Shown here: positions 1-7,744 of the stretch, piece after piece | Position numbering within the stretch: the stretch's first letter is position 1 | Layout of the letters: each line of letters starts with the position of its first letter | Assembly: GCA_016700135.1 (NCBI GenBank) | Contig: CP065004.1 | Coordinates: 690,001-722,000 of the forward strand | DNA: 32,000 nucleotides | Reading direction: 5' to 3' | From: Candidatus Saccharimonadota bacterium | GTDB lineage: Bacteria > Patescibacteriota > Microgenomatia > UBA1406 > GWC2-37-13 | The notes under the pieces: model-generated | Databases searched by the model: none | The model's input: only the letters and a program-made list of their open reading frames with translations | What the model was told of the DNA's origin: nothing | Position numbers and translations under genes: made by a program

Positions 1-302
1 TAATACTCAAGGAGCATAACAAGATTGCAAAAGGGGATGTCAGCAAAGAAGAGCTGGTAAAAGCGAAGGAGCTCTTAAAAGGTCGATTGTTACTGTCTCT
101 AGAAGATTCCTACCGTGTTGCATCACTTCAAGGTTCAAGATATCTCTTTGAAAATCATACAATTGAACCTGAAGAAATTATTGCACTAATAGATAAAGTG
201 ACCGGAGAGGAGATTACAGCAGTGGCGTCTGATCTGTTTCGAGAAGATCGTTTAAATATTGCATTGATCGGACCGTATCACAAGAAAGATATTACAATCT
301 AA
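1..302 (+). CDS. C-terminal fragment of an M16-family (pitrilysin/insulinase-like) zinc peptidase; the 5' end lies outside the window
   Basis: Frame 3 is open from nt 3. The translation ILKEHNKIAKGDVSKEELVKAKELLKGRLLLSLEDSYRVASLQG...NIALIGP resembles the conserved C-terminal end of M16 peptidases. Stop TAA at 300-302. Confidence 0.7.
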   Translation, partial: ILKEHNKIAKGDVSKEELVKAKELLKGRLLLSLEDSYRVASLQGSRYLFENHTIEPEEIIALIDKVTGEEITAVASDLFREDRLNIALIGPYHKKDITI

Positions 303-307
303 ATCCA

Positions 308-1102
308 ATGATAGAATCGTATATATTTATTTTAGGGCTCTTTTTCGGTTCATTTCTGAATGTACTTGCAGACAGATTGCCGAACGGAAGGACATTGCTT
401 GGACGTTCAAAATGTGATTCATGTTCGCATGAATTATCGTGGAGAGATCTTATACCAATTATTTCATTTATTGAAATAAAGGGAAAATGTCGTTATTGTA
501 AAGCCCCATTGTCTATACAATACCCATTAAGCGAATTATTTACTGGCGTAATATTTTTGCTGACGTGGATTTTATCAAATCAGTGGTATCATTCAGAAAT
601 CCTGCATCTAATCCATATTGCGATTGCTTCTGTATTGATTGTGATGATGCTGAGTGATCTGCGTTACCAGATTATTCCGGATTCTATGCAGGTAATATTG
701 CTAGTGCTCGGCATAATAAGGCTTATCTTCTTGGGAATGCTCCAGCAGGAGATGAATATTCTCGGATGGACTCAATTTGCGGGTTGGGCGATTCTTCATG
801 GAGTCATTGTTATGGCGCCATTGCTAACTGTTTATTTGATCACGAAAGGACGCGGAATGGGATTTGGAGATGTGAAGTTTTCATTTACGAGCGGCTTCAT
901 TCTGGGGTTGTGGTCAGGTCTTGGGGCTCTGTACATAGGATTTATAACAGGGGGAATTGTGGGGGTATATTTAATTTTATCGCGGCGAGGAAAACCGAAA
1001 TCAAAAATTGCATTTGGCCCTTTTTTAATTTTAGGATTTTATATAATGCTTTTTTTTGAACATGACGTCATATTTTGGATAGGCAGATTATATGGATTTT
1101 AG
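308..1102 (+). CDS. pilD: Type IV prepilin leader peptidase (A24 family)
   Basis: 264-aa multi-TM ORF. It has an N-terminal Cys box (CDSC...CRYC) and two catalytic Asp motifs (MLSDLRYQIIPD and GFGDVKF) typical of PilD/A24 peptidases. Confidence 0.9.
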   Translation: MIESYIFILGLFFGSFLNVLADRLPNGRTLLGRSKCDSCSHELSWRDLIPIISFIEIKGKCRYCKAPLSIQYPLSELFTGVIFLLTWILSNQWYHSEILHLIHIAIASVLIVMMLSDLRYQIIPDSMQVILLVLGIIRLIFLGMLQQEMNILGWTQFAGWAILHGVIVMAPLLTVYLITKGRGMGFGDVKFSFTSGFILGLWSGLGALYIGFITGGIVGVYLILSRRGKPKSKIAFGPFLILGFYIMLFFEHDVIFWIGRLYGF

Positions 1103-1161
1103 CTCTAAATAGGGGAAGTTGTATACTATTTGTGAATAGGTATTTTTCCTATCCCATAAGC

Positions 1162-1959
1162 TCAAAGCTGAAGTACTGCATAGGCCATAGCAAGACCACC
1201 AGCACACATTACCGCCATGACTAATCCATGAAAGAGCATGTTCCTATGAATAATCTTCGACGCAAGAGGATTCCTTCCCAGAGCCTCAACTTCTTTCTTT
1301 GAAATCTGGATATAGTAGATTATGCTGCCAGTAAAGGATATAACGGCAATAAGACCGGCACTGATATACTTCACATATTTTAAAAAGGACACGGATTCAT
1401 CAGAGTCGTCCTGGCCGTTTATGTTAATGTTGTACTGTGATCCGCCTCCGCCGACATTACCCAAAGAATCGGCCGAAACGGTTTCATAGTTTATTGAAAC
1501 CATAATAAGATCATGCCCGTCAGCAGATTCATTCATGCTTTCAAGTGCTATCCCAAGAACACGTCCGGGTTCGGTTACTTTCATACCGACGCCGCGCTCA
1601 GTTGATGAAGTGATATAGTCACCTTTTGTAATAAGTCCGTTTGTATCGGTAACGAGAACGGGAACCTTACCTGAGGTAGCAACCGGGTACGTTTGTGAAT
1701 CAACATCTTTTTGTCCGAGACTGATAGCCGGTTTCTCCGTCACGACACCGAACATATTCGGGTCGTATTCCTGTGTGGTGATGGTAATGGTATTGCCGTT
1801 GTTTGTCACAATCATCCCTCGCCGGATATCGGTTCCTTCGATCTCAAAATTTGTAGCAACCGTGAAACTCGATTTCTGTGCAATTACATTTGAAGGAAGC
1901 GAAAAGCTTACGACTAATACTGCAAAAATGCCTGGAATAAGGGAACGGTAATACTGCAT
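1162..1959 (-). CDS. Hypothetical secreted/membrane protein (signal peptide, beta-rich domain, two C-terminal TM helices)
   Basis: The ATG at 1959 gives a signal-peptide-like N-terminus, MQYYRSLIPGIFAVLVVSFSLPSNVIAQ. The track ORF starts at an upstream TTG at 1992. The C-terminus has two hydrophobic helices joined by the loop EALGRNPLA. No family recognised. Confidence 0.6.
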   Translation of the reverse strand: MQYYRSLIPGIFAVLVVSFSLPSNVIAQKSSFTVATNFEIEGTDIRRGMIVTNNGNTITITTQEYDPNMFGVVTEKPAISLGQKDVDSQTYPVATSGKVPVLVTDTNGLITKGDYITSSTERGVGMKVTEPGRVLGIALESMNESADGHDLIMVSINYETVSADSLGNVGGGGSQYNININGQDDSDESVSFLKYVKYISAGLIAVISFTGSIIYYIQISKKEVEALGRNPLASKIIHRNMLFHGLVMAVMCAGGLAMAYAVLQL

Positions 1960-2110
1960 GTAACCCTCATTGTAGAGAGAATCAATAGACAATTCAATTC
2001 CTAATCGACCCTTTTACTTATTTATTACCTTAAGTGTTGAATAATGTTCTAAAAATTGTCATACTAAAATATGATGCCGAGGCGGCTGTATTTGTCTCAC
2101 ATCTTACAGA

Positions 2111-5100
2111 ATGACTTATTTGCGTACATTTTTATCATATATCCGCCCCTTTTTCGTATTCGGACTCTCCTTTCTTCTTGTCTCATGGGGAACAGTAAAC
2201 ACTATCAGATACCAGTCCTTTGTTTCTGCCCTTCAACAACACGAGAACATTCCCGGAAATGCACTTGAAGATGTTTTAGCGGAGACGGACAGTATTGAAG
2301 ATCTGTTGATCACGTTCAATTATGAAACTATTTTTGCGCAACCCGTAGAGTTCCAGCAGGATATCACAGCACCGAATATACTTTATTCACTCAGTGCAGG
2401 AGACGGTATATCTCTAAGCGGCGATTCACAGAAGCCTTCGATCACCAATACCGGGGTATTGACGATAAACGGTCTAGCAGGAGACGTGTCGTTGTCTGCG
2501 GGAGAAAACATCACTCTGGTTAAGGAAAACGGAGTGCTGACAATAAAAAGCACTGACACTAATACGGATACAAAACTGTCTGAGTCTGAAGTGGAGGCTT
2601 TTGTATTTGATGGTGAGAGTACGGGATCTTTTACTGAACTTGAAATCGGTGATATTCTCCTAAGTGATGAAGGGACAACCGCAACGACCAGCGGTTCGAG
2701 TCTGGTGGGAGTATATCAAGGGAATTTATCAGAGATATCAGGAGCGAATGTACAGGAGATAATCGACAGTATCGATTCTACATTAGCCTCATTAGGAACA
2801 TCAAGTCATGGAGAGGTGACATTTGCAGGCAGTCTTGATTACCTGACTCTTACAGGGCAGGAAATTACTCTCAATCAGATAGACCTTACCACAGATGTGT
2901 CGGGAATCCTTCCGACGGGACACATTTCCGGTTCATATTCAGGAATCACGGGAGTAGGGACCATTACAAGCGGGACATGGCAGGGGAGTATTATTGATTC
3001 TGCATACCTTGATACCGATGTCATTTTATCGACGGAAATTGATACATATACAGAGCTAAACACAATTGTAGCGGACGTGACACTTACTCACAACGGACTG
3101 ATTGATACATCAGCAGAGCTTGCCGGTATTATCGGAGACGAGACAGGATCAGGAGGACTGGTTTTTGCAAATTCTCCGACATTTACCGGTACATTAAAAC
3201 TCACGGATAGCAGTACAACAACGCTAAATTTTGATTCATTAGGTTCATCTACCTGGGGAAACGTCATTACATCCACAAACTTTGCTGAAAATGCAGGTAT
3301 AGGTTTTGGGATTGGAGGTAACAGCAGTATGACGGACATACCTCGTTTTGTTTTGAATGCAGACAATTCGTATATCGGATGGGCGATGAGACCGGGTGAT
3401 GGCGGAGCGCTTGGCAGTACAAACGGTGATGGTAACCTCTTGATAAGAGGGAATATGGGAATTGGGACTACGAATCCCGGTGCAACGTTAGACGTACAGG
3501 GAGCTGCACAATTCGGAAGCGGAAACGTAGATTTGATAAACTCCACAGGTAAAATTGCAGCGATTAATACAACGTATTTTGCCAGTGTAGACGGGTCTGC
3601 ACTCACGAATCTTAATGCCTCAAATCTGACATCTGGTACAGTAGCTTCAGCACAAATATCCGGATCGTATACAGGGATTACAGGTGTCGGGACAATAGCT
3701 ACGGGGACATGGCAGGGGACGGATATCAGCGCCACATACCTTGACTCAACCTTGATCCAGTCGACTGAAATAGATACGTCAGCAGAGATTGCAGCGATAG
3801 TAACCAATGAGACAGGATCAGGAGCGCTTGTGTTTGGAACCTCACCCACTCTAACAACACCGAATATTGGTGCGGCGACAGGCACATCATTAAATGTAAC
3901 CGGCGCAATTACATCCGGTGGAGTAGTTACCGGCACAGGCTCAGGGTTAACCGGGTTAAATGCCAGTAATTTGAGTTCAGGCACTGTACCGGATGCCCGA
4001 ATTACGGGTGCATACACAGGACTGACAAATTTGACAGGATCTGGAACTGCTACGTTCGCATCGTTTTCCGGGAACGGATCCGCTTTGACAAATCTTAATG
4101 CTACAAACCTGTCATCAGGAACAGTGGCCTCTGCCCGTATCTCGGGGTCGTATACGGGAATAACGGGATTGGGGACAATAGCTACGGGAACATGGCAGGG
4201 GACTGATATCAGTGCAACGTATCTTGACTCAACCCTGATTCAGTCGACCGAAATAGATACGTCAGCAGAGATAGCGGCTATTGTAACCAATGAGACAGGA
4301 TCAGGTGCTTTGGTATTCGGCACATCACCGACACTCACGACTCCGAATATCGGAGCAGCGACGGGCACATCACTTAGCGTATCGGGAACAATTTCGGGAA
4401 ATGGATCAGGCTTAACCTCATTAAATGCTTCTAACCTAGGTTCAGGAACTGTTCCTGATGGGAGAATATCTGGCTCATACACAGGACTGACAAATTTGAC
4501 GGGTTCAGGGACTTCAACATTCGGAAGTTTTTCCTTAAGCTCAAATGGTAGTCGTACAACCCCGGCAATCCGATGGTCAGCGGATACTAATATGGGTATT
4601 TATCGGTTAGGTACAGACATTCTTAGTTTTGCTACTGCGGGAGCTGATCGATTGACAATAAATGCTTCAGGAAATGTTGGAATCGGGACAACCAGTATTT
4701 CATCTGCAAAACTTGTTCTTAATGGGGGCACGGGTACTGGGATGTCTATTGTAAATACTGGAGATACTGCACTCGGGTTATATGTACTGAACTGGGATGA
4801 TGGGGACGGTATTTATGTAGAGAGTGGCGGAGGTGACGGTATTAATTCTTTTGCATCATTCGGTGATGGTGTTTATGGAGGAGGTGATAATGGTGTACAT
4901 GGGGGAAGTTATTATGGAAACGCAGTCTATGGGGAAGCCATTACTTCATCAGCCTGGGCAGGATATTTCCTTACGCCGGGAGTTCCTGCAGTTGCACGAT
5001 TCGTAAATGGAAGTGGAACTTGTGATATTGATCCTACTTTTACTACTTTGATCTGCTCCTCTGATCAAAGACTCAAAAGGAATATTAGCACAATCAGCAA

Positions 5101-6178
5101 TGCTCTAGATAAGCTTATGCTGTTGCGCGGTGTCAACTATAATTGGAAAACGGATTCACCCGGGTCACCGAATAGACTCGGTTTTATAGCTCAGGAAGTC
5201 GAGTCAATTTTTCCTGAATTGGTAATAACAGATGGTGAAACAGGATATAAACAATTAGCTTCGAACAATTTAATAGCTGTCGTAGTTAATGCAATACAGG
5301 AACAACAACAAACTATATTAGAAAATAAAGCAAATATTGAATCCGTAAATATTCGCCTTAATGACACAGGCGAAGTCCTGGATGTTATCCAGGCACAAAA
5401 CCAGCAATTAGTTTCGTCACAAAACAACCTCTTTAATCAAATCAATCTTGTCAATAATATCCAGACACAGCAAAACGCTTCAACCGGAGCGACACTCCAA
5501 ACAGTGATAGACAGAGTAGAGGCAATTGAGGAAATGACGAATGATACAGATGCTGTTATTGCCGGGCTGCAGGATAGGGTCTCTCAACTAGAATCTCTAT
5601 TTGCTACTCAAACGGCCACAGACGCTGCAACTTTGACTCAAAATACCGGGAATGTTCTGGGGATTAGCGATGAACTTGATTTGGAGACATTGACTGTAAC
5701 AGGTGACACAAACATTAATAATCTAGGCGTGACAGGGGATATTACTGCCGGCTTACTGAGCATCAAAGGATTTGATGATGAATTAGCGACGCCTTCTGCG
5801 ATAATATCAACGATTAGCGGACCTTTAAAAATTCAGGATCAATCAGCAGGGAATCTGGAGATAATGGGAGGAAAAGTGCTTATCGATACCGATGGCAATA
5901 TTATGGTTCGAGGCTCTATTACAGTGAATAAATTAAACATTGATGAATCAGAAGAGTCCAATAAAAGTATTGGAGAGGGTATTATAACGTCCGGGCAAAA
6001 TGAGGTAGTTATAAATACAACGAGCGTGACAGATAAATCTAGGATCTTTGTAACAGGCAAAAGTGTAATTTCAACACCGCTTGTTGTAGTAGAAAAAAAT
6101 CCGGGCGTATCATTTAAAGTTCGTATAGGAAATACTGCTGAGAGTGATATCCCCTTTGACTGGTTGGTTGTCAATTAA
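2111..6178 (+). CDS. Giant (1355 aa) membrane-anchored surface fibre protein with an internal peptidase S74 (intramolecular chaperone, tail-fibre type) domain
   Basis: N-terminal TM helix (FFVFGLSFLLVSWG), then about 950 aa of G/T/S-rich repeats. The S74 signature SSDQRLKRNISTISNALDKLMLLRGVNYNWK...RLGFIAQEVESIFPELV...LIAVVVNAIQEQQQ lies at about 5057-5330. It is followed by a Q/N-rich coiled-coil-like stretch and a roughly 180-aa beta-rich C-terminal domain. Confidence 0.85.
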   Translation: MTYLRTFLSYIRPFFVFGLSFLLVSWGTVNTIRYQSFVSALQQHENIPGNALEDVLAETDSIEDLLITFNYETIFAQPVEFQQDITAPNILYSLSAGDGISLSGDSQKPSITNTGVLTINGLAGDVSLSAGENITLVKENGVLTIKSTDTNTDTKLSESEVEAFVFDGESTGSFTELEIGDILLSDEGTTATTSGSSLVGVYQGNLSEISGANVQEIIDSIDSTLASLGTSSHGEVTFAGSLDYLTLTGQEITLNQIDLTTDVSGILPTGHISGSYSGITGVGTITSGTWQGSIIDSAYLDTDVILSTEIDTYTELNTIVADVTLTHNGLIDTSAELAGIIGDETGSGGLVFANSPTFTGTLKLTDSSTTTLNFDSLGSSTWGNVITSTNFAENAGIGFGIGGNSSMTDIPRFVLNADNSYIGWAMRPGDGGALGSTNGDGNLLIRGNMGIGTTNPGATLDVQGAAQFGSGNVDLINSTGKIAAINTTYFASVDGSALTNLNASNLTSGTVASAQISGSYTGITGVGTIATGTWQGTDISATYLDSTLIQSTEIDTSAEIAAIVTNETGSGALVFGTSPTLTTPNIGAATGTSLNVTGAITSGGVVTGTGSGLTGLNASNLSSGTVPDARITGAYTGLTNLTGSGTATFASFSGNGSALTNLNATNLSSGTVASARISGSYTGITGLGTIATGTWQGTDISATYLDSTLIQSTEIDTSAEIAAIVTNETGSGALVFGTSPTLTTPNIGAATGTSLSVSGTISGNGSGLTSLNASNLGSGTVPDGRISGSYTGLTNLTGSGTSTFGSFSLSSNGSRTTPAIRWSADTNMGIYRLGTDILSFATAGADRLTINASGNVGIGTTSISSAKLVLNGGTGTGMSIVNTGDTALGLYVLNWDDGDGIYVESGGGDGINSFASFGDGVYGGGDNGVHGGSYYGNAVYGEAITSSAWAGYFLTPGVPAVARFVNGSGTCDIDPTFTTLICSSDQRLKRNISTISNALDKLMLLRGVNYNWKTDSPGSPNRLGFIAQEVESIFPELVITDGETGYKQLASNNLIAVVVNAIQEQQQTILENKANIESVNIRLNDTGEVLDVIQAQNQQLVSSQNNLFNQINLVNNIQTQQNASTGATLQTVIDRVEAIEEMTNDTDAVIAGLQDRVSQLESLFATQTATDAATLTQNTGNVLGISDELDLETLTVTGDTNINNLGVTGDITAGLLSIKGFDDELATPSAIISTISGPLKIQDQSAGNLEIMGGKVLIDTDGNIMVRGSITVNKLNIDESEESNKSIGEGIITSGQNEVVINTTSVTDKSRIFVTGKSVISTPLVVVEKNPGVSFKVRIGNTAESDIPFDWLVVN
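3596..4549 (+). repeat. In-frame tandem duplication inside the fibre gene (copy 1 at 3596-4078, 161 codons; copy 2 at 4079-4549, 157 codons)
   Basis: Both copies encode SALTNLNA(S/T)NL(T/S)SGTVASA(Q/R)ISGSYTGITG(V/L)GTIATGTWQGTDISATYLDSTLIQSTEIDTSAEIAAIVTNETGSGALVFGTSPTLTTPNIGAATGTSL... A more diverged third copy lies at about 2880-3200. Confidence 0.9.
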
Positions 6179-6243
6179 CGAAAGGAGAGAGAAGAATTGA
6201 AAGTTATGTTAGAATAATACTTCATTAACAGTTAATATAACCT

Positions 6244-6822
6244 ATGGAGAAAACACTGGTCATATTTAAGCCGGACTCAGTTGCGCGAGGTCTAGTCGGT
6301 CAGATTACAACCCGTTTCGAGAGGGTTGGACTCAAAATCGTCGGGATGAAGATGATGATGGTCGAACGAGAGCTTGCAGATAAACACTATCCCGCCTCCC
6401 GTGAAGAGTTTATCAATGGGATGGGTGGTAAAACACTCGAAAATTATAAAGATCTCGGCATAGATCCTGAAAAAGAGTTCGGATCTGCAGATGCCCATGA
6501 AATCGGATTGAAAATCCGTGAATGGCTTGTGGATATGATTACTGCGGGACCGGTAATTGTCATGGTCCTTGAAGGTCCTCATGCAGTTGAACTTGTTCGT
6601 AAGATGGTCGGACACACACTGCCGCTTATGTCAGCACCGGGGACAATCAGAGGAGATTACTCTTATGATTCTTCCTACCTGGCAAATACCGGAAGACGCC
6701 CGATCAAAAACCTTCTTCACGCATCAGGAAATACTGAAGAAGCAGCTTTTGAGGTTGATCTTTGGTTTAAAAAGGGTGAGCTCATGTCATACTCTCGTGT
6801 GGAAGAAGAGATAATGAAATAA
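6244..6822 (+). CDS. ndk: Nucleoside diphosphate kinase (long form, 192 aa)
   Basis: N-terminus EKTLVIFKPDSVARGLVGQITTRFERVGLKIVGMK, then GPVIVMVLEG, then GTIRGDY, then the active-site His in NLLHASGN. An insertion of about 35 aa relative to classic 140-150-aa NDKs follows the HY motif. Confidence 0.85.
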   Translation: MEKTLVIFKPDSVARGLVGQITTRFERVGLKIVGMKMMMVERELADKHYPASREEFINGMGGKTLENYKDLGIDPEKEFGSADAHEIGLKIREWLVDMITAGPVIVMVLEGPHAVELVRKMVGHTLPLMSAPGTIRGDYSYDSSYLANTGRRPIKNLLHASGNTEEAAFEVDLWFKKGELMSYSRVEEEIMK

Positions 6823-6823
6823 T

Positions 6824-7525
6824 ATGAAGTATCATCTGAGTATATTTTGGAACATTCTTAAGCAGGCACTAGCATACATGCTAGTGCCTGGTGTTTTATA
6901 CCTCATTTACTATCTTGTTCTTATTATATTCAATCTTCCTGAGCTCAATGAGCAGATAAATGCCTTATTGCTTGATGCCCTGATTCTTATTACGGTAATT
7001 TACTATTTTAGACTCAACACGCCGGAGAAAATACGTGAACTTTTTTATGAGAAGCTGAGTTTGAAAAAGATCTTATCATTAATTCCGCTCTCAATTCTTG
7101 TCCGTGTTCCGTTGTTGATTCTTGTAGTTGTTATGGTTGTCCTGTTTGGGGATACTTTCATGAATACTATTGATGAAGGAGTGTCGTATCAATGGGAAGG
7201 ATTTACTGATCTTACAGGATTAGGTTATATAGTTGCGATATTGTCTTTTAGCGTTCTGGGGCCGATTCATGAAGAACTCTTTTTTCGGGGAGTTATTTAT
7301 AATTACCTGAAAAGATACTACAATATAAGGACAAGTATTATTTACTCGACCGTAGTATTTACGTTATTTCATATTCACCCGGGGCTGTATCCCAGTAGTT
7401 TCATTTTAGGACTTTTTCTTGTTTTGGTTTACCAGAAGTGGAACAATCTCAGTTACAGTATTATTCTTCACATGCTCATAAATCTCCATCCGTTCTTGAT
7501 CGACTTCATCAGCTCCAAGGTTTGA
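6824..7525 (+). CDS. CPBP-family (CAAX-type) intramembrane protease
   Basis: Multi-TM protein with the three CPBP motifs: HEELFFRG (EExxxR), FTLFHI (FxxxH) and ILHMLIN (HxxxN). Confidence 0.8.
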   Translation: MKYHLSIFWNILKQALAYMLVPGVLYLIYYLVLIIFNLPELNEQINALLLDALILITVIYYFRLNTPEKIRELFYEKLSLKKILSLIPLSILVRVPLLILVVVMVVLFGDTFMNTIDEGVSYQWEGFTDLTGLGYIVAILSFSVLGPIHEELFFRGVIYNYLKRYYNIRTSIIYSTVVFTLFHIHPGLYPSSFILGLFLVLVYQKWNNLSYSIILHMLINLHPFLIDFISSKV

Positions 7526-7531
7526 TACAAT
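7523..7531 (+). promoter_or_regulatory. Extended -10 promoter element TGATACAAT for the tRNA-Arg locus
   Basis: TGnTAnAAT ends 14 nt upstream of the outer tRNA 5' end (7546). The tRNA-Leu promoter at 13665-13673 has the same element type and the same 14-nt spacing. Overlaps the TGA stop of the CPBP gene. Confidence 0.45.
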
Positions 7532-7545
7532 ATAGCAAGACATAA

Positions 7546-7725
7546 GCCGCTGTAGCTCAAAAGGACAGAGCAGTCCCGTCCTACCGTGCCTGTATGCTGT
7601 TGTAGCTCAATTGGATAGAGCAATCCCGTCCTAAGGGATAGGTTGGAGGTTCGAGTCCTCTCAACAGCACAGTATACTTGGCAGGCAGGAGGGAAAGGTT
7701 GGGGGTTCGATTCCTCCCAGCGGCA
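7546..7725 (+). tRNA. trnR-CCU (outer): Interrupted (split) tRNA-Arg(CCU): exon 1 at 7546-7583, a 106-nt insert at position 37/38, exon 2 at 7690-7725
   Basis: The joined halves give a 74-nt cloverleaf. It has a perfect 7-bp acceptor stem (GCCGCTG/CAGCGGC), D stem GCTC/GAGC and anticodon stem GTCCC/GGGAA (4 Watson-Crick pairs plus G27-A43). The loop is GTCCTAA, the variable loop AGGTT and the T arm GGGGG-TTCGATT-CCTCC. All universal positions are present (U8, A14, G18G19, A21, U33, T54T55C56, A58, C61). It could alternatively be a disrupted pseudogene. Confidence 0.5.
7596..7669 (+). tRNA. trnR-CCU (inner): tRNA-Arg(CCU), complete, nested inside the outer tRNA-Arg gene
   Basis: GCTGTTG TA GCTC AATTGGATA GAGC A ATCCC GTCCTAA GGGAT AGGTT GGAGG TTCGAGT CCTCT CAACAGC A. 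This is a canonical 74-nt cloverleaf with anticodon CCT. Confidence 0.9.
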
Positions 7726-7744
7726 CGTGATAAATACTTTATAT

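Noticed and set aside
766-1059. A 97-aa alternative-frame ORF inside pilD
   Set aside because: It is embedded in a gene with strong family motifs, and nothing independent supports it.
1162-1330. The C-terminal helix-loop-helix with the loop EALGRNPLA, reminiscent of the ATP synthase c-subunit RQPE loop
   Set aside because: The second helix has no conserved carboxylate and there is no GxGxGxG packing motif. The resemblance is too weak to claim.
3088-4017. A 309-aa ORF, and several 60-80-aa ORFs, antisense to the fibre gene
   Set aside because: They lie entirely within, and opposite to, a gene with clear domain signatures. The G/T/S-rich codon repertoire of the sense strand simply lacks reverse-complement stops, and the translation is low-complexity P/V/A-rich.
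2880-4549. The repeats in the fibre gene as the template/variable repeats of a diversity-generating retroelement
   Set aside because: The differences between copies are mostly synonymous and not adenine-specific, and there is no reverse transcriptase in the window.
7578-7695. Possible archaeal-type bulge-helix-bulge (BHB) splice motif around the 37/38 insert of the outer tRNA-Arg
   Set aside because: I tried to fold it. The anticodon CCT can pair with AGG (7687-7689), and TGCCTG can pair with CAGGCA. But the 3' junction has no 3-nt bulge, and the 5' side gives a 5-nt bulge, so there is no 3-4-3 BHB geometry. I therefore do not claim endonuclease-type splicing.
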